From Stylophora pistillata (lineage: Eukaryota), in the NCBI RefSeq assembly GCF_002571385.2, contig NW_019217911.1, forward strand, positions 1 through 64,000: a DNA stretch of 64,000 bases, read 5' to 3'. Under the pieces are notes generated by a model. It saw nothing but the letters and a program-made list of their open reading frames with translations. It was not told the DNA's origin and made no database searches. Shown here piece after piece: positions 10,970 through 24,000 of this stretch (position 1 is the first letter of the stretch; the number at the start of each line of letters is the position of its first letter). The position numbers and the translations under genes are program-made.

Positions 10970-11483
10970 AATGCAGTTCGGTTGTCAGCAGCCGTTCTTT
11001 TGGGGGAGCGTTGCGTGACATCCAAAAAAACGGCTGCGAGGGAGACTATGCGTGCATGGGCAAAACTATGCATGGGCTGGAAATGTACTTAATGTTTTCT
11101 TACAATGAATTTTCGAAACACTTTCTAGGGCCTCCTCTCAGCATCATGTCAATCGCATTAGGCGAAAGGCAAACATTACAGAAACGAGGCCATTGAAGTG
11201 TTATTATGGCCAACAAAAACTCCGATGCGCTTAAAATGCTTCTTGTTTAAAAAATCTTAGCCTATAAAACGGATAAATCAAACTTTGGATCGTTCCATGC
11301 GGCTATTTTGTTTCTCTGCTTTCTGACCATGTTATTGCTCTGTTATCTAGTGTAATACATTCTGGCATATTTTGTGCGTCCCAATGCCCTAATATGGTAA
11401 AATGAGGTAATGGTGAAATAATAAATGTCCTTATTGTCTACTCTGTCGTTTTTGGATAACTGGGTCATGTTGACTTTTTTCAG

Positions 11484-11748
11484 GAAATTATTCAGAATGC
11501 AGATGATGCAAACGCCACAAAAGTGTCCTTTCTACTTGACTCACGTCAAGGCTTTTTTGGAGAGAACTCGCTTGTCGAACCCACTCTAGCTCAGTTCCAG
11601 GGCCCTGCTTTATATGCTCAGAACAATGCTCTGTTCAAGGAAACTGACTGGGAAAACTTGCAGAGACTGATGGATAGCAGTAAGAAGGATGACCCTTTAA
11701 AAGTTGGTCGATTTGGAATTGGCTTTAATTCTGTTTATCATATAACTG
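11484..11748 (+). CDS. Sacsin SRR1 Hsp90-like (GHKL) ATPase exon
   Basis: EIIQNADDA...[10 protein letters not shown]...[16 protein letters not shown]. Acceptor tttcAG at 11482-11483, donor G|GTAAGT at 11749. Confidence 0.93.
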
Positions 11749-12016
11749 GTAAGTTTCTCTAAGTGTAATAAAAAGTCATTGCGATGTTGAAGACTCAAAA
11801 ACGGAAATTCTTGCCGATAAATTTTTCCATGTGAGGAGAAAAAAAAAAATAAAACTATAGCATGTTATGCTTTGAAATCATACGTTCAACTTTGCACTGC
11901 AGCCACAACAAGCACGGCATCCTTAAAATGCACATGTTGAAACTGAATGGTACTCGCACTTAACAAAAAGACAATTTTACGTACTTAAATGGGTAACTTT
12001 ATATTATATTATTTAG

Positions 12017-15000
12017 ATCTTCCCAGCATCGTGAGTGGGGATTCTATTGTATTTCTTGACCCTCACGAAACACACTTCGGTAGAGGTGAAACGGGACGGC
12101 GATTTTCCCTGGAGTATGAACTGCTTGAAATTCACGAAGACCAGTTCAAGCCGTTCGAGAATGTCTTGGGCTGCAAAATTTCGACTCAATTTTACAATGG
12201 AACTCTATTTCGTTTTCCGTTACGAAGTGCACCATCAGATTTATCCAAAAAGGTTTATAGTAAGGAAAAAGTTGGCAAATTATTTCAAGCCCTTAAAGAC
12301 GAAGCTCCTGTCATCCTGCTCTTCTTGAAGAACATTGAAGAAATTGCTCTATTTGAAACTGATGAGAGAGACTTTCAGAAACATGTCTTTACAGTGCGAT
12401 TGAGTGACAGCTGTCGGCAAGAAGTTCGTGGGAAGAAGAGAAAGTTTTTGAGTGATTTGATAAGGCTGAGCAATGAGTTAGTTGAAAACGTAAATCTTTC
12501 TCTAGATTTGCATGTCGTTGAAGTGACTGAAGGAGAAAGAGCGGTGGAAAATAGATGGCTTGTTTACCACCAAGTTGATGCTCGAAATCCAACACTCAAA
12601 ACATTGTCCTTGGAGTTGGGTCACCTACCTTGGGTAGGTTGTGCCACACCAGTGAATGCAGCCAAATGTCTAGTTCCCTCATCTAGCACTGGACGAATAT
12701 TCTGCTTTTTACCACTTCCACCAGACGCTGACTCCAAGACTGGTTTGCCAGTTCACGTGCATGGTTACTTTGGCCTCACAGACAATCGACGTGGTCTTAA
12801 ATGGCCAGGCCCTGACTGTCAGGATGATCCAACAGCAGAATGGAATGTGTTGCTGGTGGAGCATGTTGCAAGTACGGCCTATGCCAACTTGTTGCTCCGT
12901 CTTCAGGAATCATGTGACTCTTCGTTTGGAGCAGATTTGGTATACAAGTCCTGGCCAAACATTCAGGAAGTTGAGAAACACTGGAGGTGTATGCTGAAGC
13001 CCATGTTCTCGATTTTACTCAAAGAAAACGTCCTCTGGACCACTGCAAATCATGGTCAGTGGAAAAACCTTAGTGACGCCTACCTGGACAGAATAAAAAG
13101 CCAATTTCAGAATGCAACCAATGAAACGAGAGAAGTAGTTCTAGAAACATTGACGCACGCAAATGAGGCTGTTGCAATCGTCCCGAACCATGTCATGATT
13201 GCCATTGATAATTACGGGCCAGTACCTACGAAGAGCATCACCCCCACATTCTTAAGAGCACTGCTGAAAGAGAAGAGGAAGGGGATTTTGTAAGATGTAC
13301 CAAAGAAGAAGATGCTTTTACTACTTGAATTTGTTCTAGAGGACAAGAACCTAAACGACATGCATGGTGTTCCCCTCCTGCCCCTCGCAAATGGAGGTTT
13401 TGTTGATTTCCGCTCACTCCAGTACAACCGGGAACCAGACGCTGCTGTGTATGTTTCTTCAACGAGTACTCCCCGTTCCATTTTCCACAACATGGACAAT
13501 AAGTTCCTCGACGACAAAGTTCAAACTCCAGGCATTACATATTTGTCGAAGCTTGCCTCTGACGCTAATAGTCTCCACACAATCCAACCAGTGCAACTCG
13601 TCAGGTTAAACGAAGCCATTGCAGTCAAAGTCCTGAGAGAGATGCTTCCACCGGAATGGTGCGGAGGAAATCATACAGTACCTTGGTATCCAGGAAAAAA
13701 GGGGCATCCACCGGAGCACTGGTTGGAGTCAGTATGGATTTGGATTAAGAGAATGTTCCCCACTGATCTCTCCTTGCTCGAAAACCTTCCACTCATCCCC
13801 CACACATGTGCTGGAAACCAAAGCTTAGTGAAGCTGAGTTTATCAAGCGTGGTCATTCTAAGACATCAGCACCAGAGTATTTCTTTACCACCGCTTATCG
13901 CGTCTTTGCTAGGCAAAATTGGCTGCATTGTTCTGGAAAATCTCCCGTGGTACATTTATCACAACACCCTACATAAATACGTTGCCACACCTGATCCCCG
14001 TGGCGTCCTAAAGATCTTTTGCACGTTAGGTCAAAGCAGATGTGCTTCAGCTATTCCTCTTTGTTCACCAGATGAAAAACGTGCGCTACGAAGTTTCCTC
14101 TCTTCTGCGTACTTCAATGATGATGAAAAAAGCCTCTTGTACAACCTTCCTATTTTCGATGCAGCAGATGGAAACGCCTTCATTTCCATTAGAAATGGAT
14201 TTCAAGTTCATGAGGTTTCACCATATGGCTTCGAAGTTCCACGATCTTTGCCAATACCAAGAGCTTCCTCAGTTGTTGCCTTGAGAGATAGCGATTCTTA
14301 TACCTTAATTCAAAGACTCGGAATCTCACCGATGACAAAAACAACCTTCCTAAAGAACATTGTCTTTACTGGTATACAGAGCAATTTCTATAGTCACCAA
14401 CAGATCTCTACTCTGATGAGCTGGATACTCAGCCAGTACTCCATTTTTTGCGAAGAAGACAGCTCATTTCATGCATCTCTTCAACAACTACCCTTTGTCA
14501 TCACCAGGACCAACAAGCTAGTTACTCCTTTTCGCGTTTTAGATCCACACCAACCCATTTTGGAACAACTTTTTGAGAATGAAAACGACAAATTTCCAAA
14601 TGGAGATTTTGTGAAAGACGAAATCCTTCCACTTCTTCGGCAACTTGGAATGAGGAGTATTCCAAATAAAGAGGACATTCTACAGGTTGCTAAAACAGTA
14701 GATAGTGTCCACAGCGACGTGGGATCTCGTAGAGCATTAGCCCTCTTAGAGTTCCTTGACAAAAACCCACCTGACAAGTCCTTGGGTCGAGCCCTAATGA
14801 ACGAGAGATGGGTCCCAAGAAAGCAAAGTCGTCCGTCCACCTATCCAAGTGCGATGCCTTGGTTTTTAGGAACAAAGAATTTCTACAAACCATCTGAAAT
14901 GTTCAGCCAATCGAAAGCTACTCTTGTGGGGGTGTTAGCGCCAATAGTCCCTAAACCTTGTTCCAAAGCATTAGAGGATGTTTTTGATTGGAACAAATCA

Positions 15001-18000
15001 CCACCTGTCCACCACCTTTTAGAGCAGTTGCGTGCTGCTTGTTCTGTACAATTAAATGACGGAAATGAAAGTGTTCTGTATCATTTTCAAGCGATGGTAA
15101 AGCAGATCTATGAAGAAGCATCAACCAAAGCTAACTTTCTCCTCGCTGTAAGTCAGGAGAACAATTTTCCAGAATGGATTTGGCATGGCAATGGATTTAC
15201 CTCACCGTCTAAGATAGCATTCACATCTTGCTGCGGAATCGACTTGAAGCCTTACCTTCATATAGTTCCACCTGAATTTCGACACCTCAGTCATTTTTTC
15301 CGGCAGTGCGGTGTTCGTGACACATTTCAAGATTCCGATTTGTTGCATCTCTTGATAATGATAAAGGATAAACATGACACTAGAAGTGAATACCTTAAAG
15401 ATGTAGAAGACGATCGAAAACTGTCACATGAAATTCTTCACTGGATAATTAGAGATGGAAAGCAACTCGATCCAGAACTTCGAGAAAGTCTTCTGGTGCC
15501 GATTCACACCAGGGATAATACCTTAAAGTTGGTTCCATGTTCGGAGTGCACCTTTTGTGACGCGGATTGGTTGAGAAAGGGAGGCTCTGAACTTCTTATC
15601 GAGAGTGAATTTCCGATGATCCACGAGTCTATATCTTCCACAACCGCTACCCTTCTGGGTGTCCCACCCATCAGCACCCGTGTCACTTCTGCGGAGGCGT
15701 TAGGTATCGAGCAAACAGGTCCATATGAGCCAATTACCACGAGGCTGAAGAATATTCTGAACGAGTACAAAGCAGGGGTTGGTGTTTTTAAGGAATTACT
15801 GCAGAATGGAGATGATGCTGGTGCTACAGAAGTTCAGTTCATTCTTGACTGGCGCAATCACCCAAACCAGAGGCTTTTGTCACCTGGCATGGAAGAATGT
15901 CAAGGTCCCGCCCTGTTAGCATACAACAATGCAACCTTTACAGATGATGATCTGAAGAACATCTCGAGACTAGCAGGTGCTACCAAAGAGGAAGATCTTG
16001 AAAAGATTGGTCGCTTTGGTCTTGGTTTCAGCTCAGTTTACCACTTCACTGATGTTCCAAATTTTATTACCAGAAGTTATGCTGTGTTTTTTGATCCAGA
16101 AACAACACACCTTGGACTCCACATAAAAGATGCCTCAAAGCCTGGAATAAAGATAGATCTGGCGGTAAATCAGAACAGTTTAACCTGTTTTCCTGACCAG
16201 TTTGCGCCTTATAATGGGCTTTTTGGCTGTGAAACTGCTCCACCCAGTGATCATGACAAGTTCTACTTTCAGGGAACTCTTTTCAGATTTCCATTCCGAA
16301 CTAAGCGAGGGAAAATTAGTGATAAAATCTTCACTAAGCAGGAAATACGGTCCTTTATGTTTTCTTTCCAAGAATCATCGCCTACCCTTCTATTGTTCTC
16401 ACAGAACGTTAAAAAGGTGTCATTCTTTGAAGTACATGAAAATGCGACTAATTCTAAAGACTCACAGCTCTTGTTTGAAATCTGCATAAAACCTCAAACA
16501 GAATGTATACCATTTAAGAATTATGTAACGGAAAGTACCTTCCTTAAGTCATGCGTAGCATGGACAAAACAGTCCACTAGTGAGTTCAAACCTGTTGACA
16601 GATATCCATCTCCCAAACTAACGGAGCTCATCTCTGTGTGTTCCACCATCTGTCATAAGAATGGGCAGAAGCATCAAGAAACCCAATCCTGGCTTGTGAC
16701 ATCCTGTCTCGGTATTGAAAATTCCTTCCGACTTGCAACAAGTGAGGAGGGTAAGAAGAAGGGATTCTTATCTGCCTCAGGAGTTGCAGCAAAAATGTCT
16801 ACCAAAGGCGATGGCTTGGAAAAAGGAGAGGCAGTGCCTGGAGAAGTATTTTGTGTCCTTCCCCTAGGCATTCCAACAGGGCTTCCAGTACATGTCAATG
16901 GCTACTTTTCAGTCACGTCAAACCGTCGAGGAATCTGGGATAGTACAACTACCGATGTTGGTCCTGAACCTATAGAAGTGCGGTGGAATCAAAGCCTCAT
17001 GGAGGATGCACTGACTCAGGCCTATGTTCATCTCTTGGATGATATGATTGTCATGAAAACACAAGGAAAAATCTCGTCTTACGATGTTTTCTCGCTCTGG
17101 CCAAACCCAGACAAACTTCAATCATTTGAATGGGAACCTCTCATAAGAAGCTTTTATCGTAGAATCGCAAGCTGTGACCTACCCTTAGTATGCACAGGAG
17201 GGAAATGGCTCCCAGTGACTCAATGCATTTATCAAGACCTCAAGTTACGGGAGCTTGTGAATAGTGAGATAGTCCTTGAAAAGTTTGATTACAAAATAGT
17301 GCAACTTCCTGACTTTGCAAGGAAAGGATTCTGGCAGGCTGGATGTATGGATGTTATCGATAAACGTACAATGACACAAGAAAAGTTTCTCCAAGAAGTT
17401 TTTTTCCCGAATATCACGATGATACCTAAAGAGCTACGCGATCCCATTGTGTGTCACCTCATAGATGAATGCCTTCAGGGAAATGCTAGCAATCAGTGCA
17501 ATCACCTTCTCAATATATATGAATCTTTGCTTACAAACAATCGTTGTATTCCTTGTGGGCCTGATACGGGGGACTTAGCTTCTCCCAAGGAACTTGTATC
17601 CCCAAAAGGAGTGGTTGCAACTCTGTTCTCAGCAGAAGATAGGAAATTCCCTGTTGGGTCATGTTATCTAACTAGGGAACGTCTCTTCATGCTTCAAAAC
17701 TTGGGAATGTTATCAGATATTCTTGACTGGGAAACCCTGATTGAGCGAGGTAACTCTGTGTCAGTGCTCTGTAAAAGAGCCGAACAAGATGCTAAGAAGA
17801 GATCAGCCCTTCTTATAGATTATATCAATGTCCATCTCCAGAAAATGGACCCCCCTTCAGAATTGATCAGGGAGGAGTTAATGGCAACCAGTATGTTTCC
17901 CACTCTTGCTAAGCCAGCAAACTATGTTATGCCATGGAGAGGTACTGGCAATTGGAACAGTGTTATGCTTCCAGCAAAAGAAATGTACGACGAAAGGTAT

Positions 18001-21000
18001 AAGTTTGTCGCAGGGTCCTCTCGGCCAATCCTTGATGAAAGTGAGAGTTGTGGCTGCGGTAAGTTAAGCGAAAAAACACGCGATATTTTTGGGTTCAGCT
18101 CCCGTAAACCATCGGCTCAAGAGGTTCTTGAGCAGCTGGAGCATACAGTTCAAGCAATAGTCCAATCGCCCGATGCGATTGAAAGTTTGGAAGAAGTCTT
18201 CCCTTGCCTATACGAGTACTTTCAAGAACTTATTTTGGAACCAGATGGCAAGCGAATTATATGTGCTTTGCAAGAAAAGGAGTGGATACTGGTTCATGGA
18301 AACTGTCTGTCGGCCTCTCGGCTGGCATTTACGTGGAAACGATTTGGTGAACCTTATCTGAACGAAGTGCCGCAGAATCTTGCCTCCAAGTATCGAAGCC
18401 TATTTCAAGCGACAGGTGTTAAAGAGCATTTCACCACCGAAGAAGTCATTTCTGCACTATACGAGCTCGATGAGGAGAAACGAGGAAAACGCCTATCTAC
18501 GAAAGAGTTCAAAGTCTCAAAATCTTTACTCGAAGAAATATCGGAAGCGTCAGATAAATCATTTGAAAAGGAAAGAGGGAAGATTCCTTTGCCAGATCAT
18601 AATCTGTTTTTACAGCCCGCTGAGAAATTAGCCATTAATGATGCGCCATGGGTGGTTGCTAAAAGTGGTATCGACTATGTTCACAAGGACCTGTCAATTG
18701 ACCTTGCACACAGGCTTGGAGCAATCGACATTCGAACAAAGAAACTAGACAGAATATCTCGTGCAATAGGACGTGAATTTGGACAGCGAGAGGATCTCAC
18801 TGACCGCTTAAAGGGCATTTTGAAAGCATACCCATGCGACGTTGGAGTCCTTAAGGAGCTTGTTCAGAATGCTGATGATGCAGGAGCCACCGAGATACAC
18901 TTCATTGTTGACCCTCGTAACCATCCTACAAACCAGCTCTTAAGTAACAACTGGAAGGAACTGCAAGGTCCTGCCCTGTGCGTTTACAATAACCGACCGT
19001 TTTCCGAAAAGGATTTGGAAGGGATACAGAGATTGGGCATTGGAAGCAAAGCAGACGATCCTTCAAAGACAGGACAGTATGGTATTGGCTTTAACGCTGT
19101 TTACCACTTAACAGACTGTCCAAGCTTCATTTCGAATGAAGACACGCTTTGCATTCTTGACCCGCACTGTCGTTACGCTCCTGGAGCAAGCAAGGAGAAT
19201 CCTGGACGTCTCATCGGACCAATTGGTGAAGAAGAACGATCCGACTACCGAGATGTATTTCCATGCTATCTGGAAAACATGTTTGATTTGAAATCCGCAA
19301 CTATGTTCCGTTTTCCTCTCCGAAGAGGAAGCACGTCGTCTATATCTCAAAATTGTGTTTCCTACGCGGAAATGATGACATTTATGAACCTGTTGGCGTA
19401 TGAAGCTAAAGAAATCCTTTTGTTTTTGAACTACGTTAAGACCATAACTCTGTCTGAAATCAAAGGGGACCAGCTGAAAGAAATTTACTCGGTGTCGGCA
19501 CAACTAACACAACACGATGAAGCACAACGCTTGTGGCTTGCAAATCATATAAAGGCATCCAAGGATTTGGAGACGAACAAAATTGATTGGCTTGGAATTA
19601 CATACCTTCTCCTTGTGCAGGAAAAAGGATTGAGACAGGAAAAATGGCTTATTCATCAGTGCATTGGTCTTCAGGCAAGTACAAGTGAAGAAGCTCCCAA
19701 TGGTAGAAGCTATGGTCTCTTACCTCGTGGAGGAATAGCAGCAAAGGTTTCTGGGAAGAGTAACCCAGAGCACAAGGCCTTCTGCTTTTTGCCATTGCCA
19801 GTTAACACAGGGCTCCCGGTTCATGTAAATGGTCATTTCTATTTAGATTCTGCACGCCGGAATTTGTGGCAGGACGAAAAGGAAGAAGGATTCGGAAGCC
19901 AATGGAACCATTTCATCAAAACAAAGGTTTTATCCCAGGCCTACATCTCAGTGATGTTAGTAGCACGAGGACATTTACCAGGGTCGAAAGAAAGAGATGT
20001 CACTTGCTTCTCCACGGAATACAATCTTCACAAAGGAATGCAGTGGTATCATAATCTCTTTCCAAATTTAAAATCTGTACAAAGCCAGTGGAAAGTTCTG
20101 GGAGAGGCAGTATTCAAAACAATTTGTAATGAAGATGCAAAGTTGCTACCCTTGACCAAAAAAACGTCAGATGAAACAATGGAGGCCTCTCAAGTTTCTC
20201 AAGCTGCCGCAGTTGTCCAAGTCAATGAAAGCGATTTTAGAGAAGTTAGACGGTGCTTTTGGCTTCCTCCTTCCCAAGGCTTCTTTAACAATTTGACTCA
20301 AGGTAGTGAGTTCCAAATAGCTCTAGGGAAGATACTTTTGAGGGTTGGTTTCAAGCTTCTTTATTCCTCCGCTACGCTTTTCTGGAACTTCAAAGAGGCA
20401 GACACAAATGTAAGAGAGATCACACCTGAATTCGTCATTCAGTTTCTCAAGGAGAACCCGAATAGCATCGGTGACTTACCATGTCCCGTTGAAGAGACAA
20501 CGCTTGGTTCTGTGAAGGGTGTTCTCCTCCTCCTCGGCTACTGCATGGAAGCCAAAAGATTTCCAGGGGAAATGCTTGGAACACCTTTGTTGCTGACTGA
20601 AGACAACGTTTTGAGGAGATTTAACACGGACAGCCAAGTATTTTTAAGCTTGTTTGCCGATTTGGTCCCAACTCAGTGTTCTCAATTCATCCACCACACA
20701 CTAGTCACTACTTTACTTCGGTTCGAGGAAGGAATTTTCGCCCCCGATCAAAGTGTTCTCAGGAAATTTGACATCATGGCATTAGCATCGCTTCTGCCAA
20801 GTACCGCAAATGCCCCTTGGTGTGAAACAAGTGATCTGATACCATGGAATTTGAATGAACAGCCGTCTGAAAGCTGGATGCAGCGGTTATGGGAGTTCTT
20901 GCACAACACCCAGTTGAAGACTCCGAACACCTTTTCTCTAGATCCCTTACAAAATTGGCCCATCCTTCCAACCAAGTCCGGGAAGTTAGCACCACTTTCC

Positions 21001-24000
21001 AAAGGTAAAGTAATTCTTGACCTCACCCGTTCAGATTCATGGTCACCTGGCCAGGAACATGTTGCTGCTTTGTTAAGGAAACTGAACTGTCCAGAAGTTA
21101 ATGTCGATCTCATAAGCGGTAACGGAAGGCGGAATGTATCAGATATACTGAAGGCTTACGTCTCTTACCCCAACTCATCGCAAGATACACTGAAAGTGCT
21201 AGATCACCTGATGAGGGAAGGCGACATTTCCAATATTCTATTTGATCACGAAAAAATCTGCATGTTGCAATTCTTTCAAGATGACTTAACAACTTTAAAG
21301 CAAGACCAAACATCTACTTTCATTGTGAAACGCTTGCCGTTTTTCAAGACATTTCATGGAGCATCTGTGAGCCTTGCAAATTTTAAATCAGTTTACGAAA
21401 TCCCGGTGGGTTTACCAACTGATGAGTCGGAGGTTTGGATGACAGGATATAACTGTGTATTTTTTGCGCCAGAACCCAGGTTGAGCCGCTTGTACAAGGA
21501 TCTTCTAGGTGTCGGTGATAAAACACATACAGACTGTTACATCAACTTCATTTTCCCAAAGTTTTCCCTTCTCCAAAAGAAAACTCGAATGCTTCACCTG
21601 GAATACGTCCGACGAATTTTACTAGCACCGAACTGCAACGAAGAGCAACAAGCAAGAATTCTTAAATCTCTCAGCACCTTGGCATTTATTCCAGACGCCA
21701 ACGGGACGTTACAAACTGCCTCTTATTTTCACGATCCAGGCGTAAAAGTCTTCGCGGTAATGTTACCATGTGAAGCAAGGCCACCAGAGCCGTTTGACAC
21801 TACAAAGTGGTTGGAGCTCCTTCGCAAAATCGGCTTAAAGCAGAAAATCAGCAAAGCTCTATTCCAAACCTTCGCCAATGAAGTAGCTTCGCAAGCGATA
21901 CAGATGAGCAATTCAAGTTATCCTTCATTGGAAAAGAAGTCAAAGACACTTGTTGAGCACCTCTTAACAGACGACACTCTACATGATGCAAAGTTCCTTG
22001 TCGACCTCTCCACGATTAAATTTATAGCGTGTCCAAAGGCAAGTGGCGACCTAAGTCTCCTTTGCCGGCAGCATTTGGTACCTAATCGAGATGAAATTCC
22101 TCCATTTGGCCATTTCAAGCATTCAATTCCACACACACAAGAGGCACTTGCATGGACGACTGCGTCTCTTCTTTTTGACTGGGCTATTCCAAACCCCAGA
22201 ATCCCACTGCTAAAAAACCTGCAAGTTTTTCAGAAGCCTTCTCTGCAACAAGTCATCGGTCATATTAGAAACCTTTCGCAGACTCTTTCAAGGCGTGCCG
22301 ATCGAGAGCAACCAGAACATCAACGGCGACTTCTGAGCCAAATCATGACAGAAGTTTATAGATTTCTTACAGATACTGGTGGTTGTAACGGCACCGATTC
22401 TAATGAACCGTGTTCAGCCATGTGTGATACAATCTGCAACCAGCTTTCCGATATTCCCTGCGTTCTTGTAGAAGGTGGCCGTGTTTTCGTCCGAGGCAAA
22501 CAGCTGGCGTTTCACCTTGATGAAGAACACCCGCCCTATCTGTACAAAGTTCCTAAAGAATATGGAATCTTTGAACACTTGTTCAAACGCCTTGGAGCTA
22601 TGGAGAAAGCAACACCTACGCAGTTTGCCCAAGTTTTAAGTAATCTCAGAAACTCTTGTCAAGACAAACAGATGCACGCCAATGAATTAAGAGTTGTAAA
22701 AAAGGCTGTCTTTGGTCTATTTACTACCTTGCACGCTACAATTTGTCGAAAAGAGGATAGAAGGGAAAGCAACCCATTAGCTGAGGTCAACACCCTCCAT
22801 CTTCCAAACAGCAAGCAAGAGCTCAGGCCATCCACGGAATTGGTCCTGTTTGATTGTCCTCAGTTCAAACATCGCCTGTCAGATTCTATGTTCGAGTTTC
22901 TTGATGACCTAACAAAATACAATTTAACAATGGAAAAGCCTGGTAAGCTTGTCGACCTTTTGCCAGACCACTTAAAGACAAAATCCTTGGCATCCATGGT
23001 GAGGGAAGAACTACAAGCCGAGTGCAGAGGAAAGAACTGCCGAGCCGACGTCGAAGGAAAATGTGGGGCTACAAATCACTTTCGTCACATATTGTATTCG
23101 CCAGATCTCGCAAATGGAATTGTACGAATACTGAAGTCTCAGTACGACAAAGCTAAATTGACAGAAGAGGTCTGCAACAAAGTTCGCAGTTTTCAAAAAG
23201 CACTAAGCATCAGTTGCATGGAAACTTTATCCACGGAGTTAGTCGATAATAAATCAAACACGGTCATTCCTAAAAGTCAGAGGCAAACGTACTCAGGTTG
23301 CTTTGTGGGACAGGACAACGGTAAAAAGCACATCTTCATCCAACATGGTGCGAAGTCTAGTGATACGAGGAGAAAGATATGCCATGAAATATACAGTCTG
23401 ACCGGCTGCCTCCTCGAAGAAGAGAACTTATTACACTTGGCTGCCATCCTTGAATGTACGTCCCCGGCTGATATTTCTATCACACTGGATAATGCTGGAG
23501 TGTCGGATGATGCTGAAGCTACCCAAACACCAAGTTTGGAACCAATTCTTGGTTCTGAGGTCCCCAAAGAGTTTCACGAGCTTCTAGACCAGTATAATGA
23601 TTTCTATTTTCGTCCAGGAGAGTTTGTTGCATATGAAAGAGAAGATTCGACCGATGAGGAACCAAAATACATTTATGCAAACATCGTCCGCCAGGTTAAA
23701 ACGTCTACTTCTGCCAAAGTTAAAAAGGACAGAACAAAAAGAAAACAAAAAGGAGAGAGTAACCTACTTAGCAGATATCTCATAGACATCGGTCCTGAGA
23801 GGGAAGAGGTCGATGTTCTGGATTTGTACAAGTTTAGACGGCCGCGGAAGAGCGAGGAAGAGGAAGTAGACGAGAAAGAGTCTCTTTCTAAATCGATGGA
23901 GGTTGTGCCTTACGTAGGAGCTAGTGGGCAAAGTACTGGACAAGCAGGGGCGGAGACAGCTGGGCCCTCTCGAGATGCAAATGAGCCACTGAAGCCTCAG

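Noticed and set aside
10258-11073. Long minus-strand ORFs
   Set aside because: Artefacts of translating through the N gap.
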